Positions 1 through 9,304 of a stretch of DNA of 64,000 nt are shown here, one piece after another. The notes beneath the pieces were generated by a model, which saw only the letters and a program-made list of their open reading frames with translations, was not told where the DNA came from and searched no databases. The translations under genes and the position numbers were made by a program. How positions within the stretch are numbered: position 1 is the first letter of the stretch; each line of letters starts with the position of its first letter. The stretch comes from a virus (lineage: Duplodnaviria; Caudoviricetes), in IMG/VR virus record IMGVR_UViG_3300025867_000005; one strand, 5' to 3'.

Positions 1-2
1 CA

Positions 3-176
3 GATGCTTCTCCAGAAGATATCATTCAAAAATTGATTTCTAAAGAAAAGCAATGGGATACTTTGACTCAATATGAGAAAGAAGTCGTTATTGACGATTG
101 TATTCGGGATTTACCTTCCGACGCGACTCCGCAGCAAATACTTGAACAGATTGTCATTAAAGCAGGAGGCCTGTAA
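3..176 (+). CDS. 3' end of a hypothetical protein (truncated by window start)
   Basis: Open frame from nt 3 (DASPEDIIQKL...DATPQQILEQIVIKAGGL) to TAA at 174-176, just before the next ATG at 180. Confidence 0.7.
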   Translation, partial: DASPEDIIQKLISKEKQWDTLTQYEKEVVIDDCIRDLPSDATPQQILEQIVIKAGGL

Positions 177-179
177 GGA

Positions 180-917
180 ATGAAAAGAGATGTAAGAAAG
201 ATGATCTTGGCGGCGGTTGTTAGAAAGGCTAAAGATTTGACAGATGAAGAAATCCTTAGTCTGTATCATTCCGTAAAGGAAAAACTTCAGGGACAGAGCA
301 AACCAGGTGAACAAGTTATCCCTGAAACACCTGGACCTGAACCCGCTGAACAAATTGAAGAAGAGAAGATGCCTTCGCAAGAAGAAACGGACACTTCATC
401 TGAAGACAGCATAGATGACCTTTTGAAAGATTTGGGGCTGGACGAAGATGAAGAACCTCAAACAGCGGAATTGGGTGAATCAAATGAAGCACTGAAGCCA
501 GAAGTACAGGAAACGCCGCCCGAACAGAATCCTGAGCCACAAGAAGTCAATGCTTCAGTAGAACCAGAATCTTTAGACGTTCCGGAAATAACAACGGGTC
601 AAGATTCTTTGGTTACTAGGTTTGAAGATGATAAGACAGAGAAAATGATTGAGAAGATTACTGAAAGACTCCTGAAACAGGATGAATTCAGCCCTGACAA
701 GTTTAAAACCGCAAGCAAGGGCCAACAGCTCAATAGAAAAGATAAAGATTTGATGGCTGATGGTGTCACAAAACCGAAATATGGAGAAGGAGAAGGAATC
801 CGTGCGCCAAGGCTTGACGAGAGAGACCCGAATGCAGTAAGATACAAAAAGAATGAAGCTGATAGGGACCCTGAAAACGACAATGACAAGGACGTGAAAA
901 CGTCTTCTGTGGATTGA
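180..917 (+). CDS. Acidic low-complexity hypothetical protein, possibly head-internal
   Basis: 245 aa; E/D/P-rich central region; AGGAGG upstream. Confidence 0.75.
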   Translation: MKRDVRKMILAAVVRKAKDLTDEEILSLYHSVKEKLQGQSKPGEQVIPETPGPEPAEQIEEEKMPSQEETDTSSEDSIDDLLKDLGLDEDEEPQTAELGESNEALKPEVQETPPEQNPEPQEVNASVEPESLDVPEITTGQDSLVTRFEDDKTEKMIEKITERLLKQDEFSPDKFKTASKGQQLNRKDKDLMADGVTKPKYGEGEGIRAPRLDERDPNAVRYKKNEADRDPENDNDKDVKTSSVD

Positions 918-965
918 AACAAATATCTTTCTTATATTCCTGCCAATGGAGGAGAATATTACGGC

Positions 966-1094
966 ATGTATCTTCCGACAGGAATAAAGCCACTAAAAGA
1001 AGGAGACAAACTAGAACTTGGTGGAAAGTCCGTAGTCGTTCAGACGGTTAAAACATCACTTGAAATCGAAAAGGAAGGGGTGGTCCTATCGTAA
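966..1094 (+). CDS. Small hypothetical ORF (42 aa), possibly continuing in the -1 frame to 1171
   Basis: GGAGGA upstream of ATG 966; fills the gap between larger genes. Confidence 0.35.
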   Translation: MYLPTGIKPLKEGDKLELGGKSVVVQTVKTSLEIEKEGVVLS

Positions 1095-1175
1095 ACGAAA
1101 TGAAAGCTAATGGAATGGCTTTTCTGGTAAATTGTTTGCCAGAAGGACATGAATGGCTCAAGAAAGGCTAAAAAA

Positions 1176-2633
1176 ATGAACATTGAAAGAATGGCGAAAC
1201 AAATTATTTCTTCATTTGCAGAGAAGGAAGCTGAACGCTTTTTCAGATCCTATTTGCCAAAGACCTCTTGGAAGAACCACGTTTTTTCAGTTGGTGGTTA
1301 TGTCAGAGATGAAATTTTGGGTTTGGATGCCAAAGACCTAGACGTTGTGATCGACATTAAAGGCGGGCCAGAAAAGCTTACCAAACAACTTCACGCCCTG
1401 TTTTCAAAGGAAACGACATTCCCAGTGAACATGGGCAATTATCCGATATGGCAAATCACCTTTAAGGAAGACATAATTTGGGAAGGAGAAACTTTCAGGA
1501 CGAAAGGTGCCGTAATTGAATTCGCGGAAACCATGAAGGAAAGTTATCCCGATCCCAACAGCAGACAGAGAAGCACGGAATTCGCGGATTTGGATTCTGA
1601 TGTGAAACGTCGTGATTTTACAACAAACATGATGATGAAGGATTTGAGTAACGGCGAATTTATAGACCTCACTGGCGTCAGCAAATCAGACATTCAAAAA
1701 GGTGTTTTGAGAGGTCATCCTGATGTTGATTTCAACATGATTCTTAACCAAGATCCGTTGCGTATGATGAGACTCGTCAGATTCGCATGTAAATACGGAT
1801 GGACTGTGCCTCTTTCTGTTTTGAAAGCCGTTAAGGCTAATGCCGCAAGGATTCAGACGATTTCTGAAGAACGGATTCGGGATGAACTCATTAAGATAAT
1901 GAAACTCGGCAAGCTTCAAAAAGCGATCAAATTCTTTGATGCCACAGGACTTTTGAAATTTATCTTCCCAGAGATCGAAGCATTGAAGGGAGTGAAACAG
2001 AATGAAATCCATCATTCCGAAGGTGATACTTTTAAGCACACAATGATGGTTTTGCAGAATTCCAAGCCTGGTATTGAAAGCCAATTGTCTGCTTTGCTTC
2101 ATGATGCCGGTAAGGCTTCAACGACGGAATTGATTAACGGTGCTATTCATAGTTACGGTCATGAAAAGGTAAGTGGAGAAATAGCAGAAGCTGTGTGCAG
2201 GCGGCTCAAATTCGATACCGGAGTTATCCACAATGTCAGGAAAATCGTAGAGAACCATATGCGTCCACACGCACTTAAGGATGCCGGGACGGCAGGAATA
2301 CGGAAATTCATACGGGAAGTCGGGGATGAGATTGTAGATGCCGTAATTGATTTAGCAAGAGCCGATGAAATCGGAAAGCTGCCTAAAGGTGACAATATTC
2401 CATCTCTTATGAAAAAGGTGGAAGAAGTGAGGAAAATCAAGCCTGTCAAGAAGAATGATTCCATACTTAACGGTATCGAAATCATGAAGATTCTGAATAT
2501 CAAGCCGAGTGCCAAAATCAAAGAGATTATGTCCTTTCTTGAAGGGAAAGAAGACGAATATCTTGAAAAAGGCAAAGTCCTTGATAAAGAAACGGCTGAA
2601 AAACTTATCCTTGAAAAATTCAAAGGAGTGTAA
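1176..2633 (+). CDS. cca: CCA tRNA nucleotidyltransferase / poly(A) polymerase family with HD domain
   Basis: VGGYVRD..LG...KDLD, RRDFTTN, DPLRMMRLVRF, ERIRDELIK, H-EGD..KHT and LLHDAGK (HD). Start at ATG 1176 (AGAAAGG upstream) preferred over 1149. Confidence 0.92.
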   Translation: MNIERMAKQIISSFAEKEAERFFRSYLPKTSWKNHVFSVGGYVRDEILGLDAKDLDVVIDIKGGPEKLTKQLHALFSKETTFPVNMGNYPIWQITFKEDIIWEGETFRTKGAVIEFAETMKESYPDPNSRQRSTEFADLDSDVKRRDFTTNMMMKDLSNGEFIDLTGVSKSDIQKGVLRGHPDVDFNMILNQDPLRMMRLVRFACKYGWTVPLSVLKAVKANAARIQTISEERIRDELIKIMKLGKLQKAIKFFDATGLLKFIFPEIEALKGVKQNEIHHSEGDTFKHTMMVLQNSKPGIESQLSALLHDAGKASTTELINGAIHSYGHEKVSGEIAEAVCRRLKFDTGVIHNVRKIVENHMRPHALKDAGTAGIRKFIREVGDEIVDAVIDLARADEIGKLPKGDNIPSLMKKVEEVRKIKPVKKNDSILNGIEIMKILNIKPSAKIKEIMSFLEGKEDEYLEKGKVLDKETAEKLILEKFKGV

Positions 2634-2634
2634 A

Positions 2635-2856
2635 ATGGAAGACAACATGGAAGCGGTGGAACGGACAGATGAAAATATTGCAAACCTTTGGGGCATCTTT
2701 TCAGAAATGCTGAAAGACGCTTCTGCTTTCAATGCCGTCAATGTGCCGCAGCAGGCGGCGAAAGACAGAATGATTGAAATCCTTACACAGGCCATGTATC
2801 CTTATCTTGAAGAATATGCACAATGTACGCACGTCTTTGAACAAGGTACGGAATAG
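2635..2856 (+). CDS. Hypothetical protein
   Basis: ATG 2635 after AAGGAG; 73 aa. Confidence 0.6.
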   Translation: MEDNMEAVERTDENIANLWGIFSEMLKDASAFNAVNVPQQAAKDRMIEILTQAMYPYLEEYAQCTHVFEQGTE

Positions 2857-2858
2857 TT

Positions 2859-2865
2859 TTTGATA
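2859..2865 (+). promoter_or_regulatory. Putative phage late-promoter element TTTGATA
   Basis: Same heptamer at eight gene boundaries before virion-module genes. Confidence 0.55.
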
Positions 2866-2904
2866 TTCCTACCTGTTTTATAGGTAAACAGAGAGGAAAT
2901 CAGA

Positions 2905-3288
2905 ATGTCAACTGTAATTAAAACGCATGAAATCAGCCACGGGCAGATGACTAATCCCGGACGTGTGTATTGGGAACCTGGGAAAAGGGATGTGGATTCA
3001 GATCCCAGAGAAGGAATAATGTATCGTGACGTGCATGTCCCTTGTCCGAATCCCGTAGTCGAAACCTTATCAAGAAACGGTTTTGGAAATATCCATACCT
3101 GCATTGATAATGGAACTGGAGTCTTGACGGCACAAAGCATCCCTGAACCTGTTGTTACCAAAACATCTGTAATTACCATCGTCGAAGCTGGCGTGGAAGG
3201 TACTCACGTTTTGAAAGAAACGGAACTAACAAATGTCAATGATATCGCCAAAACAGCAGGTGGATGGGGCTTTGAAGAAGAACCGTAA
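2905..3288 (+). CDS. Hypothetical protein
   Basis: 127 aa; GAGAGG RBS. Confidence 0.75.
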   Translation: MSTVIKTHEISHGQMTNPGRVYWEPGKRDVDSDPREGIMYRDVHVPCPNPVVETLSRNGFGNIHTCIDNGTGVLTAQSIPEPVVTKTSVITIVEAGVEGTHVLKETELTNVNDIAKTAGGWGFEEEP

Positions 3289-4147
3289 ACTTGTCTTGGG
3301 TTTCCTTTGCTTTGTATTAGCGGCATTCTTTTGTCAAGCTCAGACAAGGACATTCCCTATTCAAAACGGAAAGCTCAGGAACGATTTAGACGCTGATTTC
3401 AATACCATTACAAACCTAAAGGCAATCTCTTTTGCAGATAACGGTAGTAATGTTTATATCAATGCGTCTAATTTTCTGTATTTCTTTGAAGGCTTGTCAA
3501 AAAAACTTATCAACAAAGACGGAAGTTATGAATTCCTTGTGGTTAGCAATGCCAGACCCTATATGGTGACGACAAACGGAATGCGGGAAGTCACACTTCA
3601 AGGAGATACGTCTTTTATCAGGCAGTATGAACCAGAAGCGTTTATATCAAACCTAACGGTATATGGAACTCTTTGGGTAGAGACGGGAGATTCAGGAATA
3701 GATACGAATGACTATTCATTGATGTTTTCGAGTCTTACAAACGGAAGCATATCTACACTGAAGACAGACAACATGATCCTGAATAATTCCAAACTCGATT
3801 GGAATTCGATGGTTAATTTTTCGTGGTCGAATAATGTCCCTGTCAATATGACGGTTACGAACGATGTCTATACTTCAGCGACGGAATTAACTGTAAATGA
3901 ATGGACATATTGTGTCAGACATGAAGGGAAAGTAAAATCAGGAAAGGTTTACTTCAGCGTAAGGGATACACAGTTTGAAGGATCTAAAATCATAGGTGTG
4001 AATCCTGTCGAAGAAGTATTTTCTGTAGATACTGAGATGCTAGATAGGAATATCGACATTATTACAGACGGGCACAAAGTTCAAATCGTTACTTCCGGTG
4101 CAGGCAATTGGTCATTCTATGGTTTCAGCAGGGGGATTTCCCAATAA
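3233..4147 (+). CDS. Protein with signal-peptide-like N-terminus, TN/SN-rich, possibly a fibre or appendage component
   Basis: KKNRK-LVLGFLCFVLAAFFCQA|Q N-terminus; beta-rich composition; start codon uncertain. Confidence 0.6.
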   Translation: MSMISPKQQVDGALKKNRKLVLGFLCFVLAAFFCQAQTRTFPIQNGKLRNDLDADFNTITNLKAISFADNGSNVYINASNFLYFFEGLSKKLINKDGSYEFLVVSNARPYMVTTNGMREVTLQGDTSFIRQYEPEAFISNLTVYGTLWVETGDSGIDTNDYSLMFSSLTNGSISTLKTDNMILNNSKLDWNSMVNFSWSNNVPVNMTVTNDVYTSATELTVNEWTYCVRHEGKVKSGKVYFSVRDTQFEGSKIIGVNPVEEVFSVDTEMLDRNIDIITDGHKVQIVTSGAGNWSFYGFSRGISQ

Positions 4148-4395
4148 TGAAGACCAAAGTACATCTATCAGAAGCCCAATATCAAGGACTTGTAAACAAA
4201 GATGCCAACACCATTTATGTTACTGAATCCGGGACATATTTCGGAACCAAGAAGGTCATTACCCAAAAACCTACCGACATAACAGAACTCTTTGCGTTAA
4301 AAATAGGGAAATATGTCATTCAAGTAAATCAAGATTCCGGAGTATTGGAAATTCACAATACAGAGACAGATGATTTTTACGAGCTTACGACATGA
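4147..4395 (+). CDS. Small tail-fibre-associated domain protein
   Basis: LSEAQYQGLVNKDANTIYV resembles the LTxAEYxALxxKDxNTxY motif of phage fibre proteins; TAATG coupling to the upstream gene. Confidence 0.55.
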   Translation: MKTKVHLSEAQYQGLVNKDANTIYVTESGTYFGTKKVITQKPTDITELFALKIGKYVIQVNQDSGVLEIHNTETDDFYELTT

Positions 4396-4697
4396 ATACT
4401 AACGGATACATACCTGAACTTTCTTACTATCCTACCCTTGGAACGGTTAAACGCGCTAGTGGTAAGGGTTGCCTGAATTGTATGCGCAAGAAAAACTGTA
4501 CGGAGTTCTATTGGCTTGTCAGATTCCAAGGTTTGGATACCGTTACACAGGATTTCGGGACTAGCTGCACCGCATTTTCTGAAAACCCTTCAGACAAAAG
4601 AGATCCGAAGGGAGAAGGAGAGCTCTATCAGAACTGGAAACTTAACAATGACAATATCGCACAGGAAGCAATACAAAACGGAGAAACAAGAGCGTGA
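4392..4697 (+). CDS. Hypothetical Cys-containing protein
   Basis: CLNC...C...C; ATGA overlap with the upstream gene. Confidence 0.65.
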   Translation: MNTNGYIPELSYYPTLGTVKRASGKGCLNCMRKKNCTEFYWLVRFQGLDTVTQDFGTSCTAFSENPSDKRDPKGEGELYQNWKLNNDNIAQEAIQNGETRA

Positions 4698-5167
4698 GAA
4701 GGTTTAAACATCTTTTGACAGACGGAAGCAGCCCGTGGATAAAGAACGGATTCAATCTCACGTCTCTTGACAACATTGTGATTGTTTCAGAAAACGGTGA
4801 ATCACAGAAGCTTTCCGAATACCTTGTTATGATTTCGGCAATGGCTGGACGTGCGGCGGGTACAGAGGCGGAAGACAGAATCGCGGCACTAGAAGAAATT
4901 TTAGATATCCCGTCAGCTTCTGGTGACGGAGAACTAAGTATAACAACCCCAAACATTCTGACATTAACAGGAGACCTTACGTTTTCTAAACCAGCGAAAG
5001 AAAAATGGGTGGTCAGATTATATCTGGAATTCACTTCTGATTCCAATTTGTTTTGGGAAGGAGAAGAACAGCCTTTCTTAACAGGCACTTCTGGACAGAA
5101 GAAAAGTGCTGAAATCATCAAGTTCGGGGAAGGGAAATTTTCACTATCCATCAAGGAGATTATTTAA
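4694..5167 (+). CDS. Hypothetical protein
   Basis: 157 aa; GTGA overlap with the upstream gene. Confidence 0.7.
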   Translation: MRRFKHLLTDGSSPWIKNGFNLTSLDNIVIVSENGESQKLSEYLVMISAMAGRAAGTEAEDRIAALEEILDIPSASGDGELSITTPNILTLTGDLTFSKPAKEKWVVRLYLEFTSDSNLFWEGEEQPFLTGTSGQKKSAEIIKFGEGKFSLSIKEII

Positions 5168-5170
5168 ACC

Positions 5171-5617
5171 ATGCCTACAGACTATCAAGATAATCTGTTC
5201 CTTCAGGAAATGAGGAAACTCGGTCTTTCTAAAGCCTATTCTACGACAAGGAATAAGCTACCTCTTAAGAACCTTGTACAACAGGCATATAGAAACAAGA
5301 AAATGCCGTTAGCTTTGGAAATCAGACTTACGCTGCGTGATGCCGCCCTTACGAAAAAAGCGGTGGAAATAACCTACAGGAAAACAACGACATCTGAACT
5401 CAAAATATATGTCATAGAGCCATACAGCTACCGCTATCTCAGATTGAAAGTCGGAATACGCAAGATGGTTTTCGGATGGGATATAAAGGAGAACAAGATC
5501 AAGTCTTATGCCTTGTCAAACATCACGAAAATCAGACAGCTTGAAAAACGTTTTTCCCCGAGATTCCCGATAGAAATAGGAAGATTCATTTCACAGACGA
5601 AAACCCTTGTCAGATAA
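5171..5617 (+). CDS. Stand-alone WYL-domain protein
   Basis: A..KKAVEITY...YVIEPYSY...FGWD..ENKIKSYALSNI matches the WYL pattern (ITY, VEP, GxD, RxFxLxRI-like). Confidence 0.75.
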   Translation: MPTDYQDNLFLQEMRKLGLSKAYSTTRNKLPLKNLVQQAYRNKKMPLALEIRLTLRDAALTKKAVEITYRKTTTSELKIYVIEPYSYRYLRLKVGIRKMVFGWDIKENKIKSYALSNITKIRQLEKRFSPRFPIEIGRFISQTKTLVR

Positions 5618-5619
5618 AT

Positions 5620-5626
5620 TTTGATA
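5620..5626 (+). promoter_or_regulatory. Putative phage late-promoter element TTTGATA
   Basis: Intergenic copy of the recurrent motif. Confidence 0.55.
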
Positions 5627-5650
5627 ATCCACTGAAAGGATAGTTGAAAC

Positions 5651-6463
5651 ATGAGGTGCAATATGGTAGAAAGAAGGTCATCAGTAGACAGATTTCTCAA
5701 AAAGTTTTCAGAAACTTTGGGCTTTGGACTTAACGATTTGGTAAGCTATGCCCCGACAGGACATAAGGTAATCGGGATAGTAGTAGATATCGATCCTAAG
5801 ATTAGGAAGATTTATGTTGATTGGGGTGGCTGTGGCAATATCCATCAACACGATCCGGAAGAATTGCAGATTACCATGCTTCAGGAAAAGGCTGTTAAGA
5901 ATAAGATGGCAAGTGTCAAAATCAAGAAAATCACGGCAGCGATGGTCGGAGACATAAGTACTACGGATTTCATCGATCCTGTTACTTCTGATTTATTGAA
6001 CAAGCAGTTCGCCGCAGAGCTTTCAAATTCAGCTTTTTACCGTTGTTGCGCATCTTGGTTTGGGAATAACGGCTATCCTGGCTTTGAAGCCTATTTCCTG
6101 CGTCAAGGAGACGGTGAAGCAGAACATGCGATGAAAGTCTATACCTTCTTGGCAGAAGCCGGTATACGCGTTGTATTCCCTGTTATCAACGATCAACAGA
6201 TTGCCACGGATTTGAAATCCATCATCAAACAGACATTGGTTAAAGAAACGGAAACCACAAAGAATTGGCAGATCATTTCCAAATCGGCAGAAACAGGAAA
6301 CAATGTTGCGGTAACGGAACTTTGCCAGTGGTTCATGAAGGAACAGATGGAAGAAGAATCAAGCATCACAACCCTTTATCAGAAAGTCATGAATCTTCCT
6401 CTTAGTGGCGGTTTGGAAACAATCGACATGCTTTTGAGAGAAAAAGATCCTATCGTAAAATAA
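5651..6463 (+). CDS. Ferritin-domain protein with an N-terminal SH3/KOW-like extension
   Basis: C-terminal ~165 aa: LNKQ..AEL....Y...ASWF...GF..YF..Q...EAEHAMK...E...WF.KEQ.EEE (FtnA-type ferroxidase ligands). True start may be ATG 5663. Confidence 0.85.
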   Translation: MRCNMVERRSSVDRFLKKFSETLGFGLNDLVSYAPTGHKVIGIVVDIDPKIRKIYVDWGGCGNIHQHDPEELQITMLQEKAVKNKMASVKIKKITAAMVGDISTTDFIDPVTSDLLNKQFAAELSNSAFYRCCASWFGNNGYPGFEAYFLRQGDGEAEHAMKVYTFLAEAGIRVVFPVINDQQIATDLKSIIKQTLVKETETTKNWQIISKSAETGNNVAVTELCQWFMKEQMEEESSITTLYQKVMNLPLSGGLETIDMLLREKDPIVK

Positions 6464-6476
6464 CAGGAGATTGAAA

Positions 6477-6743
6477 ATGGATATCCGCAAAGAACTTCTT
6501 TTTGTCGCCAAACTGATCAAAGCAAAGCCTGAGTACGAATACGCTTGGGACCCTGACCATAAGAATAAACCAAAAGGGGAAGGCTGGGAACAGACAGATG
6601 CCGGTTGGTCTAGGAATACGGGCAAAGAAGAAAAACCAGAAAAGTATTGGGAAGGGAAGAATAAAGAAGGCGAATACTATTACGATACCATTGAATCAGA
6701 AGGGGACGAAGGCGAAAAAGAAGAAGTACAGGATGAAGAATAA
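6477..6743 (+). CDS. Small leader-tagged protein (leader + WDP-H-GW module + acidic tail)
   Basis: MDIRKELLFVAKLIKA then YAWDPDHKNKPKGEGWEQTDAGWS; AGGAG RBS. Confidence 0.75.
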   Translation: MDIRKELLFVAKLIKAKPEYEYAWDPDHKNKPKGEGWEQTDAGWSRNTGKEEKPEKYWEGKNKEGEYYYDTIESEGDEGEKEEVQDEE

Positions 6744-6757
6744 GGAGTAATAAATAC

Positions 6758-8422
6758 ATGAATTTCGAAGCGATGATTTCCAAATTGGCGAATGATATTA
6801 TAACAGCAGAAACTAATTATGTCTGGGACCCGGAGCATAAGAAAAATCCAGGCAGCGGTTATCAGAAAACCGATAAGGGCTGGTCTAAATCAGACGGGAA
6901 AGGGGAAATAACGAAGACGCAACAGAAGAAGGTTCCTTCAGCCCCTGTGAAGCCGACTTCGACTCCTGATGTTTCAGGACATCCTGATATTCTAAAGTCT
7001 AAATCAGGAAAGCAAATCCCGAATAACAAAGACATTCTTGATGTCATTTACAACAACTATAACGATTTCAGCGAAGCAGAAAAAAACAACCTTTTGTCTT
7101 TTTATCGCCAAAAAGCGGATGCCTTGAGTGCTGAAGCGAAGAAACACTACAGTCACCCAGAAGTGTTCAAGAACCTTATCGGTCTAAATAATGAAACTCT
7201 TGATATCATAGAACTCCTGAAGAGCAAAGAAGGATATGATCAAAAGGGGAAAGACATAGAATTAACCAACAGGGTAATAGCCGCTAAAAACTCCAAGGAT
7301 TTCAAGATGGCACTTGGCAAGGTATCTAGCGCCTTCCCTGACTATACGACAGAAGAGGCAACAGTCAATTTCTTGTCGAACCCGAAGATGGCGAAGAATC
7401 TTAAAACTGAAGAACGCAAGGCTCTTCAGGAATACTTTGAAGCAAACAAGTCTGCTTTTGAAAATGAACTAAGTAAGGAACACAAGAATCTTCTAAAAGA
7501 CGGAAAAGGTGATAAGAAAACGATTGGATATCTTTCTGATGGAATCAAGGAATTTGATAAAGTCCTTTCACGGTTGTCTCCACTCTATCCTTCGTATCAA
7601 AAGCTTACGGATATGAAGAAATCAGGGCCGTTTCAGAAAGTCTATCAGTTTGTCAAGAATGTAAAGCCTGGTCCTGTTGCTGAACAAGAATTTATTGATG
7701 TCTTGGGAGAACCGACACATCTTAACACACTGACTTCAGAAGAGAAAAAGGCAATCTCCGATTTCTTCCAAATGAAGAAACAACTTTGGGCAGCCGACGC
7801 GAAGAAAAATCCCGATCTTCAAACTCTTGCAGAAGACGGTATCAAGAAGATGGATCAAATTATTTCCCTTGTCAATCCAAATACAAACAAGAAGGCACCT
7901 GACCCGTCTCAAGTTATGTCTCGTCTTTTCAAAGAACCGGAAATGATAAGTGTCGCTGATAAACCGAAGGTTATCCAGACGTATAAAAATTGGCTTGCAG
8001 CAAATAAGGATAAGAAGGACAAAGATACACAGGCTAAGGTTTCGGACGTAAGGCTTGCTGTCAAGATGTTGGAAGGCCCACGCTTCAAAAAAGTAGACCC
8101 GAAGCTTTCAGGAAACCTTATGTATCTTGTCAAAGACAATGACCTCGGGGATGAATTGCAGGAACTCGCTGGCTTTAAGGAAACCATCAAGAATCATCCT
8201 CAAATGTCTAACAAGGAATACAAGCAGAGGATAGATCAAGGAATGAAGCTTCCTAGAAGTCAGGCACAGCTTAAACAGGCTTTCATCATGAATATGAACC
8301 CGATGAACTACCCGGACATGCAGGCTTTCCAAGCCGCGAAACAAAGGGTTCAGAAAATGGATATCAATGATTTCGGTAAGCTTTTGGCAAGCCTTAACGC
8401 GGATGAAGAAGAAACGATTTAA
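6758..8422 (+). CDS. Large leader-tagged helical protein, putative head-internal/ejected protein
   Basis: ISKLANDIITA|E then YVWDPEHKKNPGSGYQKTDKGWS; 554 aa; AAGGAG RBS. Confidence 0.75.
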   Translation: MNFEAMISKLANDIITAETNYVWDPEHKKNPGSGYQKTDKGWSKSDGKGEITKTQQKKVPSAPVKPTSTPDVSGHPDILKSKSGKQIPNNKDILDVIYNNYNDFSEAEKNNLLSFYRQKADALSAEAKKHYSHPEVFKNLIGLNNETLDIIELLKSKEGYDQKGKDIELTNRVIAAKNSKDFKMALGKVSSAFPDYTTEEATVNFLSNPKMAKNLKTEERKALQEYFEANKSAFENELSKEHKNLLKDGKGDKKTIGYLSDGIKEFDKVLSRLSPLYPSYQKLTDMKKSGPFQKVYQFVKNVKPGPVAEQEFIDVLGEPTHLNTLTSEEKKAISDFFQMKKQLWAADAKKNPDLQTLAEDGIKKMDQIISLVNPNTNKKAPDPSQVMSRLFKEPEMISVADKPKVIQTYKNWLAANKDKKDKDTQAKVSDVRLAVKMLEGPRFKKVDPKLSGNLMYLVKDNDLGDELQELAGFKETIKNHPQMSNKEYKQRIDQGMKLPRSQAQLKQAFIMNMNPMNYPDMQAFQAAKQRVQKMDINDFGKLLASLNADEEETI

Positions 8423-8434
8423 AGGAGTACTGAA

Positions 8435-9292
8435 GTGAACTACAAATCAGAAATTTCAAAAATAGCAAAAATCATTATCGCAGATTCTGATTATGTTTAT
8501 GACCCCGAACATAAGAATAATCCTGGTGGTGGTTATCATCGTACAGAAAAGGGTTGGTCTAAACAAGACTGGAATGGGCAGACAGAAGTTTCTCCTGAAT
8601 CCGGTTCTTCTAAAAAAGAACCATTAAAAATAGACAACTGGGACCCAGCCGTATATGGAGGGTTTTGGGGATCATGGAATTCCACGCCAGCAGCAAGACA
8701 TTTTTTAGAATTCGGTGACGAAAGCGTTGTCAAAGATGAAAAATTCTATGATGAACTTTTTAACGGAAAACTTGGAATTAAAGAACTGCTAAAGAGAGTG
8801 GGAGATAGTTTGCAAGGGAAAGGTGAATATACAGAATTTGGATACACAAAGAAAGACATGATCGACTTGGGACAATTCGCCCTTTATGCTGCAAACAAAG
8901 CCCGCAAAGACGGTATCGACATCGACAAAATCGTATACGGCAAATCGGCCAATCCGGAAAAGAAACCAGAGACTTTTTCGGAAGAAAAGAAAATGAAATT
9001 GGTAAGGGAAATGCCGGGATATTGGTCGGGTTTGAACAAGCTTCAAAGGAACCGTTTAAGTTGGGATGACTTCCATACAAGAGTGATGGATAAATCTATT
9101 GACTTGACTTCAGAGGAAGCACTCTCGATGGCGGCGGTATTGAAGATAAAACAAGATTCTGCATTGAAACTCGCTGAATCTTATAAGAAAAGTGATAGTC
9201 CATTTGCAGGACGGGCAAGGATGATGTCAGAAAGAGAAGCAGAAAAACTTGGCGGGTATGCTGAAGACTTCAACAAGATTGCAAATCAATAA
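8435..9292 (+). CDS. Leader-tagged hypothetical protein
   Basis: EISKIAKIIIA|D then YVYDPEHKNNPGGGYHRTEKGWS; GTG start after AAGGAG. Confidence 0.75.
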   Translation: MNYKSEISKIAKIIIADSDYVYDPEHKNNPGGGYHRTEKGWSKQDWNGQTEVSPESGSSKKEPLKIDNWDPAVYGGFWGSWNSTPAARHFLEFGDESVVKDEKFYDELFNGKLGIKELLKRVGDSLQGKGEYTEFGYTKKDMIDLGQFALYAANKARKDGIDIDKIVYGKSANPEKKPETFSEEKKMKLVREMPGYWSGLNKLQRNRLSWDDFHTRVMDKSIDLTSEEALSMAAVLKIKQDSALKLAESYKKSDSPFAGRARMMSEREAEKLGGYAEDFNKIANQ

Positions 9293-9304
9293 GGAATAAC
9301 TGTC

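Noticed and set aside
915-1094. TGA readthrough extending the 180-917 protein in frame
   Set aside because: The downstream frame is open but has its own GGAGGA and ATG; no other sign of TGA readthrough
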